The position numbers and the translations under genes are program-made. A stretch of DNA of 64,000 nt, from IMG/VR virus record IMGVR_UViG_3300037826_000058, positions 1 to 64,000 of that record; one strand, given 5' to 3'. The notes beneath the pieces are model-generated. The model saw only the letters and a program-made list of their open reading frames with translations, had not been told where the DNA came from and made no database searches. Shown in pieces: positions 30,584-39,774 of the stretch (the stretch's first letter is position 1; each line of letters opens with the position of its first letter). Source of the stretch: a virus.

Positions 30584-31069
30584 ATGATGAATTGCTATAC
30601 GGTTACAAAGGGTGGTGGCGTAAAAGAGGGAATTGCGGCCTTTAAGAACGCGGATGGGCACACCGTCCATATAGGGGAGCCGGGAAGAGGACGCCAGTTA
30701 ACCGTTGTTCCCTTGCCCCAGGGGACAAAGGCGTCCAACGAACGGGTTACCTTCATCCCGACCAGTGGAGAGAGTGAGGTTGTAGTCGCTATCCGCGACC
30801 AAAGCGGTTACCGAGGAGGTTGGGCGGCGGACTTTCCCGAAGAGGTGACCGTTATCGCTGAGGGATTCTGTGCTCAAGGGGCCGCCGGTCGGATGGGCGG
30901 CGGCCCGGAGTATCTTATCCGTGGGCCGGTGGGTAGCACATTCACTATCCGGCGAAAGGGGCGGTTGTATGGCGCACCCGCCGAGCTGAACGTGACGCTT
31001 GGAGCTCCCCCAAGCGTCACCGACGCAAAGGCCGCTGAAAGAAGTAGGGAGGCGGCTAGTCGGTTCTAG
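30584..31069 (+). CDS. Hypothetical beta-rich protein
   Basis: AAGGAGG RBS. Confidence 0.7.
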   Translation: MMNCYTVTKGGGVKEGIAAFKNADGHTVHIGEPGRGRQLTVVPLPQGTKASNERVTFIPTSGESEVVVAIRDQSGYRGGWAADFPEEVTVIAEGFCAQGAAGRMGGGPEYLIRGPVGSTFTIRRKGRLYGAPAELNVTLGAPPSVTDAKAAERSREAASRF

Positions 31070-31076
31070 ACTTTCT

Positions 31077-31150
31077 GGGGCCTAGGCTAGAGGTAGCTAG
31101 GCTTAAACGACGGTGACGGTTCGCAAAGCGAATAACACCGCGCCCGATCT
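31077..31150 (+). repeat. 74-nt structured repeat, copy 2
   Basis: See 28387-28460. Confidence 0.85.
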
Positions 31151-31165
31151 CTAGGAAAGTTTTAG

Positions 31166-31197
31166 TTGACATATTAACCCTGTTGTGGTAGTATAAT
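31166..31197 (+). promoter_or_regulatory. Early-type promoter
   Basis: TTGACA...TGGTAGTATAAT. Confidence 0.8.
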
Positions 31198-31205
31198 AGT
31201 AGGAC

Positions 31206-31389
31206 ATTAACAGCCAAACTGGGCGCTATCAGACACGGGTGAGCAGGTCTTATCAGCCTGCATCAAACGTGCCCGATGCTCACAAACGGCAAGGCGGCCA
31301 CCGCATAAGCGGGTGGCGGGCCTGATAAACCCGCCACAGGCTCAGTCCCTAGAGTCGGGTTGCTGATAGCGCCTAGTTTGGTTGTTAGT
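31206..31389 (+). ncRNA. Candidate ~180-nt structured RNA
   Basis: 25-bp terminal stem, 31208-31232 with 31363-31387 (two G-U pairs), starting at the predicted TSS. Confidence 0.65.
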
Positions 31390-31390
31390 T

Positions 31391-31407
31391 TGTAACATGA
31401 TGTTACA
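31391..31407. repeat. 17-bp palindrome A, copy 5
   Basis: TGTAACATGATGTTACA. Confidence 0.9.
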
Positions 31408-31424
31408 TCAAAAGGAAAGGAAAG

Positions 31425-32750
31425 ATGATTATCCATCTGCCGGGAGAGGGAACACCCAAAAGCGAAAGTGCCGCAATAAGGTACGTCAAAGCCGCATCTC
31501 ATCGTTACGAGCGCACCCGCCGGCGGGCTATGGAGGCCCTGGAGTTTGGGGCGTCCATAAAAGAAATCGAAGAGGAGCGGGAAGAGTTACTCACCCGCAT
31601 TGAGGAGCTCACCCGCCGGTTTGTCGTGGTGGAGTGGGCCACCCGCCCAGAGAGCGAGCAGGGAAGGACGGGGTTCAAAAGAGCGGTCAAGAAGTCTTCG
31701 GGTGGGCACTACAACGACGTTGGAAGGGCAGTAGACCGAGCGTCCGCATATCACAACCATATTTGGTCACTAGAGGAAACCGTCGCACAAGAGGTTTCCA
31801 GGCGCGACATAGCGACCCAACACATGGAAAGACACCCTCAATCAATTCTTAACGCACGGGAAGAGATTGAGGAAATACGGTCTCGGATGCGGCAGAAGGA
31901 TTATTCGCCCCGCTATATGAAGACGTTACGGGGGCGCGTCCGGAACCTAAAAGAGAAAATTGAGGAGCTGCATGGGCAACTTAGGAACGCGCCCCAAGAA
32001 ATCCTGCTATACACCAAGAAAATCGCCTCGCTGAAAGAAATTCAAGCCCAAACAAAGGTCTTCGACGGAGAACGGTCAGAGATTGACCATCTCCGAGAAG
32101 AGGCGGTCAAGGCAGCCGAAGAGTGGGCAGCGCTAGAACAACCGTTGGAGAATGCCAAAGCCCTCCAACGGTTGCAAGAAGTCAACCGTGAAGAGGCCAA
32201 CAAAGTCATAGACGGTGCTTCCAGGGTGCTCCGGATAGAGCGCCCAGAGGACACAAAGGTTGTCAATATGGCAACCGATGTGAAAGTGACGGGCACCTAC
32301 TACAACGAAGTAACCTTCCAGACCTCGATGTCCATTGAGGTTCTGGGGGCACACCTAGAACCTATCCTGAAGGCCGTCAAGGAGAACAGCAGCCGTGGCG
32401 GTGGTGATGGTGAAAAGGACTTCGAGAAGGAACGGGAACTGGAGGTTGTAGACTGGGGGACAGTCTGGTTTGACCCCCAAGACTTGTGGGAAGCGCTGAA
32501 GCACCTAGGGGCCAACGACTCGGTAAGACTGGTTTCAAGCGACTTAAACACAGAGTTCGATGCCGTTATCCGCACCGGCAACCTGCGGGATTTCATCCGG
32601 GTCGCCAAAGGACAACGGCAAGGAGTGGAGGCCACCACCAACGAGAGTGGCGCCCTTGTATTCAAGGGCGAAACCGACGACGGGATGCGTTACGTAACGT
32701 CTTGGGTATCCCAAGACGAGGAACCCAAGGCAACAGTCACATTCAAATAA
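31425..32750 (+). CDS. Coiled-coil hypothetical protein
   Basis: 441-aa ORF with long heptad-rich N-terminal half; RBS present. Confidence 0.75.
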   Translation: MIIHLPGEGTPKSESAAIRYVKAASHRYERTRRRAMEALEFGASIKEIEEEREELLTRIEELTRRFVVVEWATRPESEQGRTGFKRAVKKSSGGHYNDVGRAVDRASAYHNHIWSLEETVAQEVSRRDIATQHMERHPQSILNAREEIEEIRSRMRQKDYSPRYMKTLRGRVRNLKEKIEELHGQLRNAPQEILLYTKKIASLKEIQAQTKVFDGERSEIDHLREEAVKAAEEWAALEQPLENAKALQRLQEVNREEANKVIDGASRVLRIERPEDTKVVNMATDVKVTGTYYNEVTFQTSMSIEVLGAHLEPILKAVKENSSRGGGDGEKDFEKERELEVVDWGTVWFDPQDLWEALKHLGANDSVRLVSSDLNTEFDAVIRTGNLRDFIRVAKGQRQGVEATTNESGALVFKGETDDGMRYVTSWVSQDEEPKATVTFK

Positions 32751-32751
32751 C

Positions 32752-32780
32752 TTGACAAACCGCCCAAGATGTGTTATACT
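32752..32780 (+). promoter_or_regulatory. sigma70-type promoter
   Basis: TTGACA-17-TATACT. Confidence 0.8.
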
Positions 32781-32803
32781 TGGGCAACAGAAAGGAGAGA
32801 GAC

Positions 32804-33244
32804 ATGGCTCATATATTTAAGACGCCGTTTGGGGTAAAAGTAGACAACCTTCTGAAAAGACTACGCCGGAAACGGCGACCCCACCCTACGGCACAAGACT
32901 GGTACGATAACAACACTTGCCCGGCGTGCGGGCGGGTGAACAACACGGGCAAACTGTGCCAGAACGTGACGCGCTGCAAACTGTGCGGCGCGGTTCAATG
33001 CCAGAATCCGGGTGGCACGTGCAAGCTGTGCGGGGTGGGTTTGCTAGCCGGGTACTACACCCACGATGACCCCTGCGATTATGCAGGGTGTGATAACGAG
33101 GGTGTGGCCCGTGGCAAACGCGGAAAGAAGCGGGTGTGTTGGAAGCACGCCCGACACCAGTATGGAGAGGATATACCGTCAGACGAAGAAGTCCAAGCCG
33201 CCATGCACACTTGGACGTGGAAGGAGGCCATCAATGAAGCCTAA
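32804..33244 (+). CDS. Cys-rich Zn-finger protein
   Basis: AAGGAG RBS before MAHIF; multiple CxxC pairs. Confidence 0.65.
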   Translation: MAHIFKTPFGVKVDNLLKRLRRKRRPHPTAQDWYDNNTCPACGRVNNTGKLCQNVTRCKLCGAVQCQNPGGTCKLCGVGLLAGYYTHDDPCDYAGCDNEGVARGKRGKKRVCWKHARHQYGEDIPSDEEVQAAMHTWTWKEAINEA

Positions 33245-33524
33245 AAAAGACATAGACATCTGGGACATCCTCATAGACGCCACGATGAGGGTTACTATCA
33301 GAACCCTCTTGGAAAACAACGAGGAAATTGATAAAGGCAAATTGGTGAACGCCATTCGCCAGGAGGTCAGGGGAGCAATCCCCCGCCTGATGGATGAGTG
33401 GAGCGATATGCTAGAAGTCAACCTGAACGAGTTATGGCTACGAAGGGCGGTCAACATTCAAGCCCACGAGCTGGCCGCCCAGTCCATTCAAGTTTACCAC
33501 GAAAGGAAAGGAAAAGATGATTAA
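33234..33524 (+). CDS. Hypothetical protein (start MKPKKD)
   Basis: AAGGAGG RBS. Confidence 0.6.
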   Translation: MKPKKDIDIWDILIDATMRVTIRTLLENNEEIDKGKLVNAIRQEVRGAIPRLMDEWSDMLEVNLNELWLRRAVNIQAHELAAQSIQVYHERKGKDD

Positions 33525-34386
33525 GGAGCTCGAAAATAGGTTTCCTGAAACGCAGTTTATCCTAGACGAGGGCGGACTAGCCGCCATGCGCGGGGATGAC
33601 CACGCCGAAATCCCCGACCCCAATTTTTACGGCGACCTAGACGCACTGGCGCGGGAAATCCGACGCCAGTTTGATTCTCAGACCTTGGAAGAATACGTCC
33701 GGAACAAATACCCTAGCCCCAAACCGAACGACAGCGACTGGGAGTTTTACTCCCAGTGGGGCTACAACGAGTGGTTAAAACGACGGTTTAAGAAGAACCT
33801 GGAACAGCTATGCATCTTGCATAGCCATGAGCACAACATGACGCAAGCGGGGCAATTCCTTGAGGGGAAGGGGGCAGAATCCCTCAAGGGTTGTCCAATC
33901 GTTAGGGCGAGGGGGATTGTGTCCCGCTTCTTAATGGGACGCGCCCATAAGGGAAGCACGGGCATCGCCCTGTGGAAAACCGCAGAAGGTGAAGTGTTTT
34001 GCTGGTTCCCTTCAGCAGCAGGGATGCTTTCCAAGGTCGGGGTGATGGGCCTGTTTGACCCCGACGAGGTAGAATTCGTTGGGGAGCACTTCAAGGACAT
34101 CCAGCACCTTGAAAGTTTCCATAGCCCCGTGGGCATTGCCCACAGGTTCGAGACCCACGAGAAATTTGTCACGTTCCCCAACGACGACGAAGTTTACTAC
34201 GTGTTTAGGTCGCACGGGGACTATTGCCAGAGATACACCTTTTGGGTGGCCCCCGCCGAAGAGGGCACCACCGTAAAGTATCTTGTGCCCCAAGTATCGA
34301 AAGGGAACCAGAAGCAAAAGTATCTGAAACTCAAGGATTTCCCTCAAATTGAGGTGGTCGCCGACAAGGGGGAAAGAAAAGATTAA
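33517..34386 (+). CDS. Hypothetical protein
   Basis: 289-aa coupled ORF. Confidence 0.7.
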   Translation: MIKELENRFPETQFILDEGGLAAMRGDDHAEIPDPNFYGDLDALAREIRRQFDSQTLEEYVRNKYPSPKPNDSDWEFYSQWGYNEWLKRRFKKNLEQLCILHSHEHNMTQAGQFLEGKGAESLKGCPIVRARGIVSRFLMGRAHKGSTGIALWKTAEGEVFCWFPSAAGMLSKVGVMGLFDPDEVEFVGEHFKDIQHLESFHSPVGIAHRFETHEKFVTFPNDDEVYYVFRSHGDYCQRYTFWVAPAEEGTTVKYLVPQVSKGNQKQKYLKLKDFPQIEVVADKGERKD

Positions 34387-34583
34387 TGGAATATATAAAG
34401 GGTGAGTTTGACGATGAAAGAGGGGTGGCAAAAGTAGAGCTCACCGATGGAAGCGTCGGTGAATGGGACGGGACTTACTTTTTACCTTTAGAACCATCCC
34501 CGCTACGTTGCAAGTATTGCGGGGCGGACGTGGAGGAGTCCGCCCTGTGCCCCTATTGCGGGCACGACGTAGGGGCATACTAG
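34386..34583 (+). CDS. Small Zn-ribbon protein
   Basis: CKYCG...CPYCG. Confidence 0.6.
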   Translation: MEYIKGEFDDERGVAKVELTDGSVGEWDGTYFLPLEPSPLRCKYCGADVEESALCPYCGHDVGAY

Positions 34584-34619
34584 TAGCAACCGGCCCACCT
34601 TCGGGTGGGCGATCACGAG

Positions 34620-34636
34620 TGTAACATGATGTTACA
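34620..34636. repeat. 17-bp palindrome A, copy 6
   Basis: AGTGTAACATGATGTTACACT (symmetry extends to 21 bp). Confidence 0.9.
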
Positions 34637-34662
34637 CTAAAACCTAAAGGGAAGGGGAGTGT

Positions 34663-35718
34663 ATGGACGCCACAGCAATGAGAATCGAAGAGGTGTGCCG
34701 TGACCTTTACCGGCCCGTCACGGTGTTTGATATAGAACGTGGCCCACAGGCCACGACGTACTATATCAGCGCCGAAAGGCGCATCTTAGCAAGCGGTAAA
34801 CCCGGAAAACTAACACGCCTAAGCACACTGGGCCGCTACGCCGAGGACATCGGCGCGGCCTTGGGCGTGGCTGGTGTCCAAGTAACCGTGAACGGGCACG
34901 CCGCAATTATTGTGCCCAAGAAGCGGTCAGAAATAATACAACTTGAAAGCATCACTCCCCCCACGGGCTTCATTCCCATTGCCCTAGGGGTGGGCTTAGA
35001 AAATCAAACAGTGTCAGTTGACCTAGGGGGGAATGATCCCCACCTAATGGTCGCTGGGGCCACAGGTTCCGGCAAGTCGGTGGCGTTGCATAACGCCATC
35101 GGGCAACTGGCGGGGCGCTTCTCCCCTGACGAGTTAGGTTTCGTCTTCATCGACGTTAAGCGTGTCGAAATGGCGAGCTATCGCTATATGCCCCACAATC
35201 TGGCGCGGGGTAAGGCGATAGACACTGCCGAAAAAGCAGTAGAGGCGGTGAGTGCATTGGTAACGGAAACGGAAAGCCGTTACCAGAAGATGCAGCGCCA
35301 GGGAGCACGACACATTGCACAGATGCAAATGAAGCGTATTATCCTTGTTGTAGATGAGCTTGCCGACTTGCTCCTCTACGACAGGGGTTTAAGAAAAGAA
35401 ATCGAAGAAGCGCTAGTAAGGTTGGCCCAAATCGGACGGGCTGCTGGGGTTCACGTAATTGTTGCTACCCAGCGCCCCAGCGCCGATGTCGTAACAGGCA
35501 TCTTGAAGGCAAATATCCCCACCCGCATTGCCTTCAAGGTGGCAACTGGAGTAGACAGCAGGGTTATCCTTGACCAGTCCGGGGCTGAAAGGCTTCAGGG
35601 GGCTGGTGACGGGCTGCTGTTGAAAGAGGGTCAGTTAACACGCTTCCAAGGCGTGTTAGCTAAGCCTCAAGAATACGAGCGCCCTAGTTTTTTCAAGCGC
35701 ATCTTTGGGGGAGGATGA
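34663..35718 (+). CDS. Second FtsK/SpoIIIE-family ATPase (no TM segment, no gamma domain)
   Basis: PHLMVAGATGSGKS, IDVKRVE, LVVDELADL, ATQRPSADVVTGILKANIPTRIAF, GAERLQGAGDGL. Confidence 0.9.
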   Translation: MDATAMRIEEVCRDLYRPVTVFDIERGPQATTYYISAERRILASGKPGKLTRLSTLGRYAEDIGAALGVAGVQVTVNGHAAIIVPKKRSEIIQLESITPPTGFIPIALGVGLENQTVSVDLGGNDPHLMVAGATGSGKSVALHNAIGQLAGRFSPDELGFVFIDVKRVEMASYRYMPHNLARGKAIDTAEKAVEAVSALVTETESRYQKMQRQGARHIAQMQMKRIILVVDELADLLLYDRGLRKEIEEALVRLAQIGRAAGVHVIVATQRPSADVVTGILKANIPTRIAFKVATGVDSRVILDQSGAERLQGAGDGLLLKEGQLTRFQGVLAKPQEYERPSFFKRIFGGG

Positions 35719-37968
35719 AATGAACAACATCGTCTACGAAATTAACGAAGACTGGAAAGAGCACTCTTGGGGGATGCTAGAATGGTTCCAAGCAAGCATA
35801 GAACCATTCAAGGATGACGCCCCCAGCACAGAACCGAACGACTATGACTATATTCAAGTTATACCTGATGAGTCAGCGTCGGCGTACCCATTCGGAAACG
35901 ACGGAGCACAGGGGTTCCGACACCGAGAAACAGGCTGGACGTTCCCCGACCATTGCAGACAAAACGGGGGACGCCCAGAATTATGGCACCAAGATGATAT
36001 GAACAAACCGCATCTATCAATTAATGGGCCTATCAGTAGTTTCATTGTGAGGGAACTATGATTGAAGAAAAGTGGGGTGAGAACTCAATAGCAATCCTAG
36101 ACGAGGAAAATCTAAACCCGGACGGTGAACCCATCATTCTAGCCATCGCTGACGCCGACCCAAGGACACTCCCTAGCGGTTTAGAGTATCCCCGCCGAAC
36201 ATTCAAGATTGAGATACGGACGGGGTGTCCAGAAAGCGTCCAAAAGAGATGCTTGGAATTCATTCGAGAACGAATGTAAAGGAGAAATATGTTTCAAGAA
36301 AAGATTCTCGTAAGCGGTGATTTACATCAAGCACAGAATAGTGCTTGGTACGGAAACGTTAGCATCACTGTCAAAGAATTCCTCGACGGTGGTGACCTGG
36401 ACATCAAGGAAGCGGTTGACAAATTTATAGCCGCCTATCCAAATGTGTTCGGTGAGCACGCACCGGTCTACAAGATGGAAATGACCGGCAGCACCCACTC
36501 GCTCAGGGAATTGCTAGTCGGATACCTAGAGCGTATTACCGAGGAGGAGTGATGAAGAAATTACCGAACGGTCTAAGGGTCTTCAACGCCACACCTCACC
36601 CCGTCCGCTTTTGGCGAGAAGGGTGGGAGAAGCCAGTCGAAGTCAAACCCGACGAGGTTATATCAGCCGACGTTAAAGAGAAACTGGCGGGGTACATATC
36701 CTGCCCAACGTGCGGGCGCAAGGTAGAACACGAATATGACTGCCCAAACAACGTGCCTAGCACCCCCATCAAGACCGTAAAAACGGTCTTCAATCCCACC
36801 GACGCCGGAGGAGAAATCATCCGGCGGGCCAAAGAGGGTGGCGCTGACGTGATTGTGGGGTCTATTATCGCCGCCCAAGCGTACCCAGGGCAGGTGATCG
36901 CAATGACACCGGCCCCAGGATACGAACGCGTACCGCCCGCCCAAAAGCGGGTAAACCCGGATAAGTTTACTGTATTTGAGTAACCAACAAACAGGCCCCG
37001 CTCGCCCACAGCGGGCGGGGCAATAGAAAGGGAGAGACAAGTGCCAAAAATTTCAATAGGAGATAAGGTCAGGATAAAGGAATCGCCCTTCGCAGAAGAT
37101 GAAGACCGAGTGCCTCTACCGGTAGATGAAGGATGGGAGGGGTACGTTGAGGCCAAAGGGGTTTGTGGATATACTTTCATAGTAGGCGGCTATGGCTTTT
37201 TCGCGGACGAGGTTGTCCGCGTAGAAGACTGACAATTTAGCATAGGCCCCGCTCGCCCAACAAGCGGGCGGGGCAAAGGAAAAGAACATGATTCTTTCAG
37301 AAAACAAGTATCATTACATACAGGAGAACCGCTTGCTATGTGGTCTCCCCATTCCAAGGGGGGCAAACGGGCGAACGCTAATCGACAGAACAACCGTGAA
37401 AAAGCGTAGCGAACTTTTCCATGGAGAGATTTGCCCAAAGTGTCGCGCCCTCAAGAGTACCGCTGACCAAGTTATCTACCGATAGACACGAGAAGCTTGA
37501 CAAAGCAAGGCGCTTGGTATATCATAGGGGGTGATTATGAAATGCGATTGCTGTTACGGTGAAGCAAGCAGGTTACATCTAGTTTACACGGGGTGTCCCT
37601 CCCAGGCATACGAGAGATATTGCACCCCGTGTTGGGAACCCCTCAAAGAGGACATCAAAAACACCACAGTGCCAAAAATTCAAGCAATATTGGACGCCTA
37701 CGAGGACACCACCGGTCACCCCTACTATAGGGCGGGTGACTTGGAAGACATCCGGTACGTGAAGGGTTGGTATCCTCTTCGCATTGGAAACCTAGGATTG
37801 AGAAGGGGGTTAGTAGGCTTTCCCTTCGAGGGGGCAATCATCGAGGTCAGTATCTCCAACCCCGAAGCAGCGCAAAAAATAATTCAAGAAGAGCAGAGAA
37901 TCCGAGAAGGCATGGTGCAAGACTATCACAACTTGTGCCATGCCTTTTCGCATTCTTGCGAAAGGTAA
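35719..37968 (+). other. Run of short hypothetical genes (about 35720-36061, 36058-36279, 36289-36552, 36549-36983, 37041-37232, 37288-37485, 37531-37968)
   Basis: Coupled ORFs with RBSs; promoter TTGACA-17-TATCAT at 37497-37525. Confidence 0.7.
36993..37276 (+). repeat. Direct-repeated ~31-nt hairpin (36993-37023 and 37244-37276) flanking a 63-aa gene
   Basis: AGGCCCCGCTCGC-loop-GCGGGCGGGGCAA twice. Confidence 0.85.
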
Positions 37969-37979
37969 ATTAAATATTA

Positions 37980-38550
37980 AATGGGTGGCGGCCCTTATCA
38001 CGCCAGCTACACGGCGAAGCTGCTTAAACACCGTGACTGTCTCTGAAAGCATCCCTTGGGAATCTCCGATTAACCTGGGGTGTAGGTGCCAACTAATTCC
38101 TTTCGCTTCCTAGCGGGAGCGAGCCGCGTTGGTCAGCGCTTTTTCTCTCAAGGACTAGAGTGTTCCTCTTCGGTCTGAGAAAAAGTGAACCGAAAGTGTA
38201 GGGCGCTTCAAGCCCCCCCATATCCTCCAACTAGATGGGGTTCGCCACAGAAGGCGATACAAGCGAGTAGGGGTGCAATGCTCAAACGACCTCACTTTGC
38301 AACGAGCCTTGTGTCCGCTATGCCTAGAGCAAAATCAATTGGCGGGGGAGATGGTATAGGCGGCGATTCTTGCTTTTTGTTTGCAAGAGAATCTGGAATT
38401 GGGCACAAATATCGCAACCGCAAACTGCATGGGAGTGGCTTAGGTAATTGAATCCAAGGTTTGAAGGGAGCGGTATTAGTGACACGGGTGGGCATAAAAG
38501 AGATAGGTTATAGCCCGCCCGACAATCCAAGAGGGTATAGCAAAAGGATG
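37980..38550 (+). ncRNA. Candidate large (~570 nt) structured RNA
   Basis: Gap with no credible gene, containing many stems and a probable pseudoknot; boundaries and strand inferred. Confidence 0.55.
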
Positions 38551-38561
38551 GTAAGACGCCG

Positions 38562-38990
38562 ATGGGTACAACGATAAGTTCACTCTTGATGATTTGTATT
38601 GCCTTGACAGGCAACGCCACCGTTTGTCTGGAGCAACAATCGGGATACATAATCCAACACGGACAAACGGCTTCTCAGTACGATGCGGGTATTATGCCTA
38701 CCGTCGTACAATATAGATTGGAAGCCGGCGAGGTTGCACCAATAGGTGTTGATGGTTATGTGGCGTACCATGAATGCCAACATATAGGTGCTCTTGTGTT
38801 CCTCAGATTCGACGAGACCGGCTATCGCCCTTATATGATAGCCGACTGCGGTTCACCAGAAGCGAACCAATGGATGAAGGGTGGTGGAATTGTGGTAGAA
38901 GTAGACCACCAAACGGCAAAGCGCCACGGCTTCGTGGGTCGTGGTGCTTCAGTTGATGCAATTATCGTGGAGCCAGGATGGAAGGAATAG
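38562..38990 (+). CDS. Secreted protein, RlpA/double-psi-beta-barrel-like
   Basis: N-terminal hydrophobic signal; TASQY...MIADCG...VEVDHQTA pattern. Confidence 0.45.
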   Translation: MGTTISSLLMICIALTGNATVCLEQQSGYIIQHGQTASQYDAGIMPTVVQYRLEAGEVAPIGVDGYVAYHECQHIGALVFLRFDETGYRPYMIADCGSPEANQWMKGGGIVVEVDHQTAKRHGFVGRGASVDAIIVEPGWKE

Positions 38991-39394
38991 TGGTGTTACT
39001 TGGTATTATCCTCCTAGGCTGCGTACCCGCAGTCATATGGTGGTCAATAGTCTTTGATGGTAACCGCAGAGCGGGGGGGGAGATAGCGTGGTGGAAACCA
39101 TTGTGGCTTTTGGTGTTATACGAGGCTATGATGTCATTTCACCTGCTCGCTTGGGTTGCACAATATCGCCCCACAAACTTCGATACATTGTGGTTGAAGA
39201 TTGCGGTTATAGGGCCTACGGTAATGGGTATAGTGACCGCTGTGCCGGGCTTTGCTGTGGCTCGATTGTGGCCTTGGTACTGGAAAAGTGCGGTGCTTGA
39301 GAAATCCAAGAGAAAGGGGCGGTGGGGTATACTATTCTTAACGGTCGTTCTGGCATTAGGAATAGGGTTAATGGTAGTTGCGCTTAGCTTCTAA
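38978..39394 (+). CDS. 4-TM membrane protein
   Basis: Hydropathy pattern. Confidence 0.65.
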   Translation: MEGIVVLLGIILLGCVPAVIWWSIVFDGNRRAGGEIAWWKPLWLLVLYEAMMSFHLLAWVAQYRPTNFDTLWLKIAVIGPTVMGIVTAVPGFAVARLWPWYWKSAVLEKSKRKGRWGILFLTVVLALGIGLMVVALSF

Positions 39395-39405
39395 GGAGAG
39401 AAAGA

Positions 39406-39699
39406 ATGAACAACTTGGGTCGCTATATCGATAAGGATGAAGTCGTGGTCATCGAGTACGACACCATGGAGGATGAGTACAACAAGGTGTCCGAAAGGTG
39501 CTTTGTCGTCAAGAAGGGGGGAGGAATGACCCCCGACATGCGAGACGAAAGGTTGAAAGGACACTGGCTGGATGATGAATTTCGTCGCTCGACCCTCACG
39601 TTCGGGGGGAATATTTCCCAGAGCGAAACCGAGGCCCTGCAGTCTGACTTAGGGAAAACCCCCTCGATAGAGGAGGTTGAAGACTGGGAACGAGAGTAG
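39406..39699 (+). CDS. Acidic hypothetical protein
   Basis: AAGGAG RBS. Confidence 0.65.
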   Translation: MNNLGRYIDKDEVVVIEYDTMEDEYNKVSERCFVVKKGGGMTPDMRDERLKGHWLDDEFRRSTLTFGGNISQSETEALQSDLGKTPSIEEVEDWERE

Positions 39700-39743
39700 G
39701 GAGGACGGGGGGGGGAGACCCCCCGATCATTGTATCGAATCAC

Positions 39744-39772
39744 TTGACAAGGCTGATGTCTTAGTGTATAAT
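39744..39772 (+). promoter_or_regulatory. sigma70-type promoter
   Basis: TTGACA-17-TATAAT. Confidence 0.85.
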
Positions 39773-39774
39773 AG

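Noticed and set aside
31206-31389. Retron msr-msd (a1/a2 inverted repeats)
   Set aside because: No reverse transcriptase in the window; the downstream ORF lacks YxDD-type RT motifs.
25988-34636. Palindrome A copies as a CRISPR array
   Set aside because: Repeats are 17 bp and 1.4-3.2 kb apart with genes between them; no cas genes.
38230-38260. Fluoride riboswitch (GATGGGGTTCGCC)
   Set aside because: The 5' GGYGA pairing and the downstream CTGATGAC motif are absent, and no fluoride-related gene follows.
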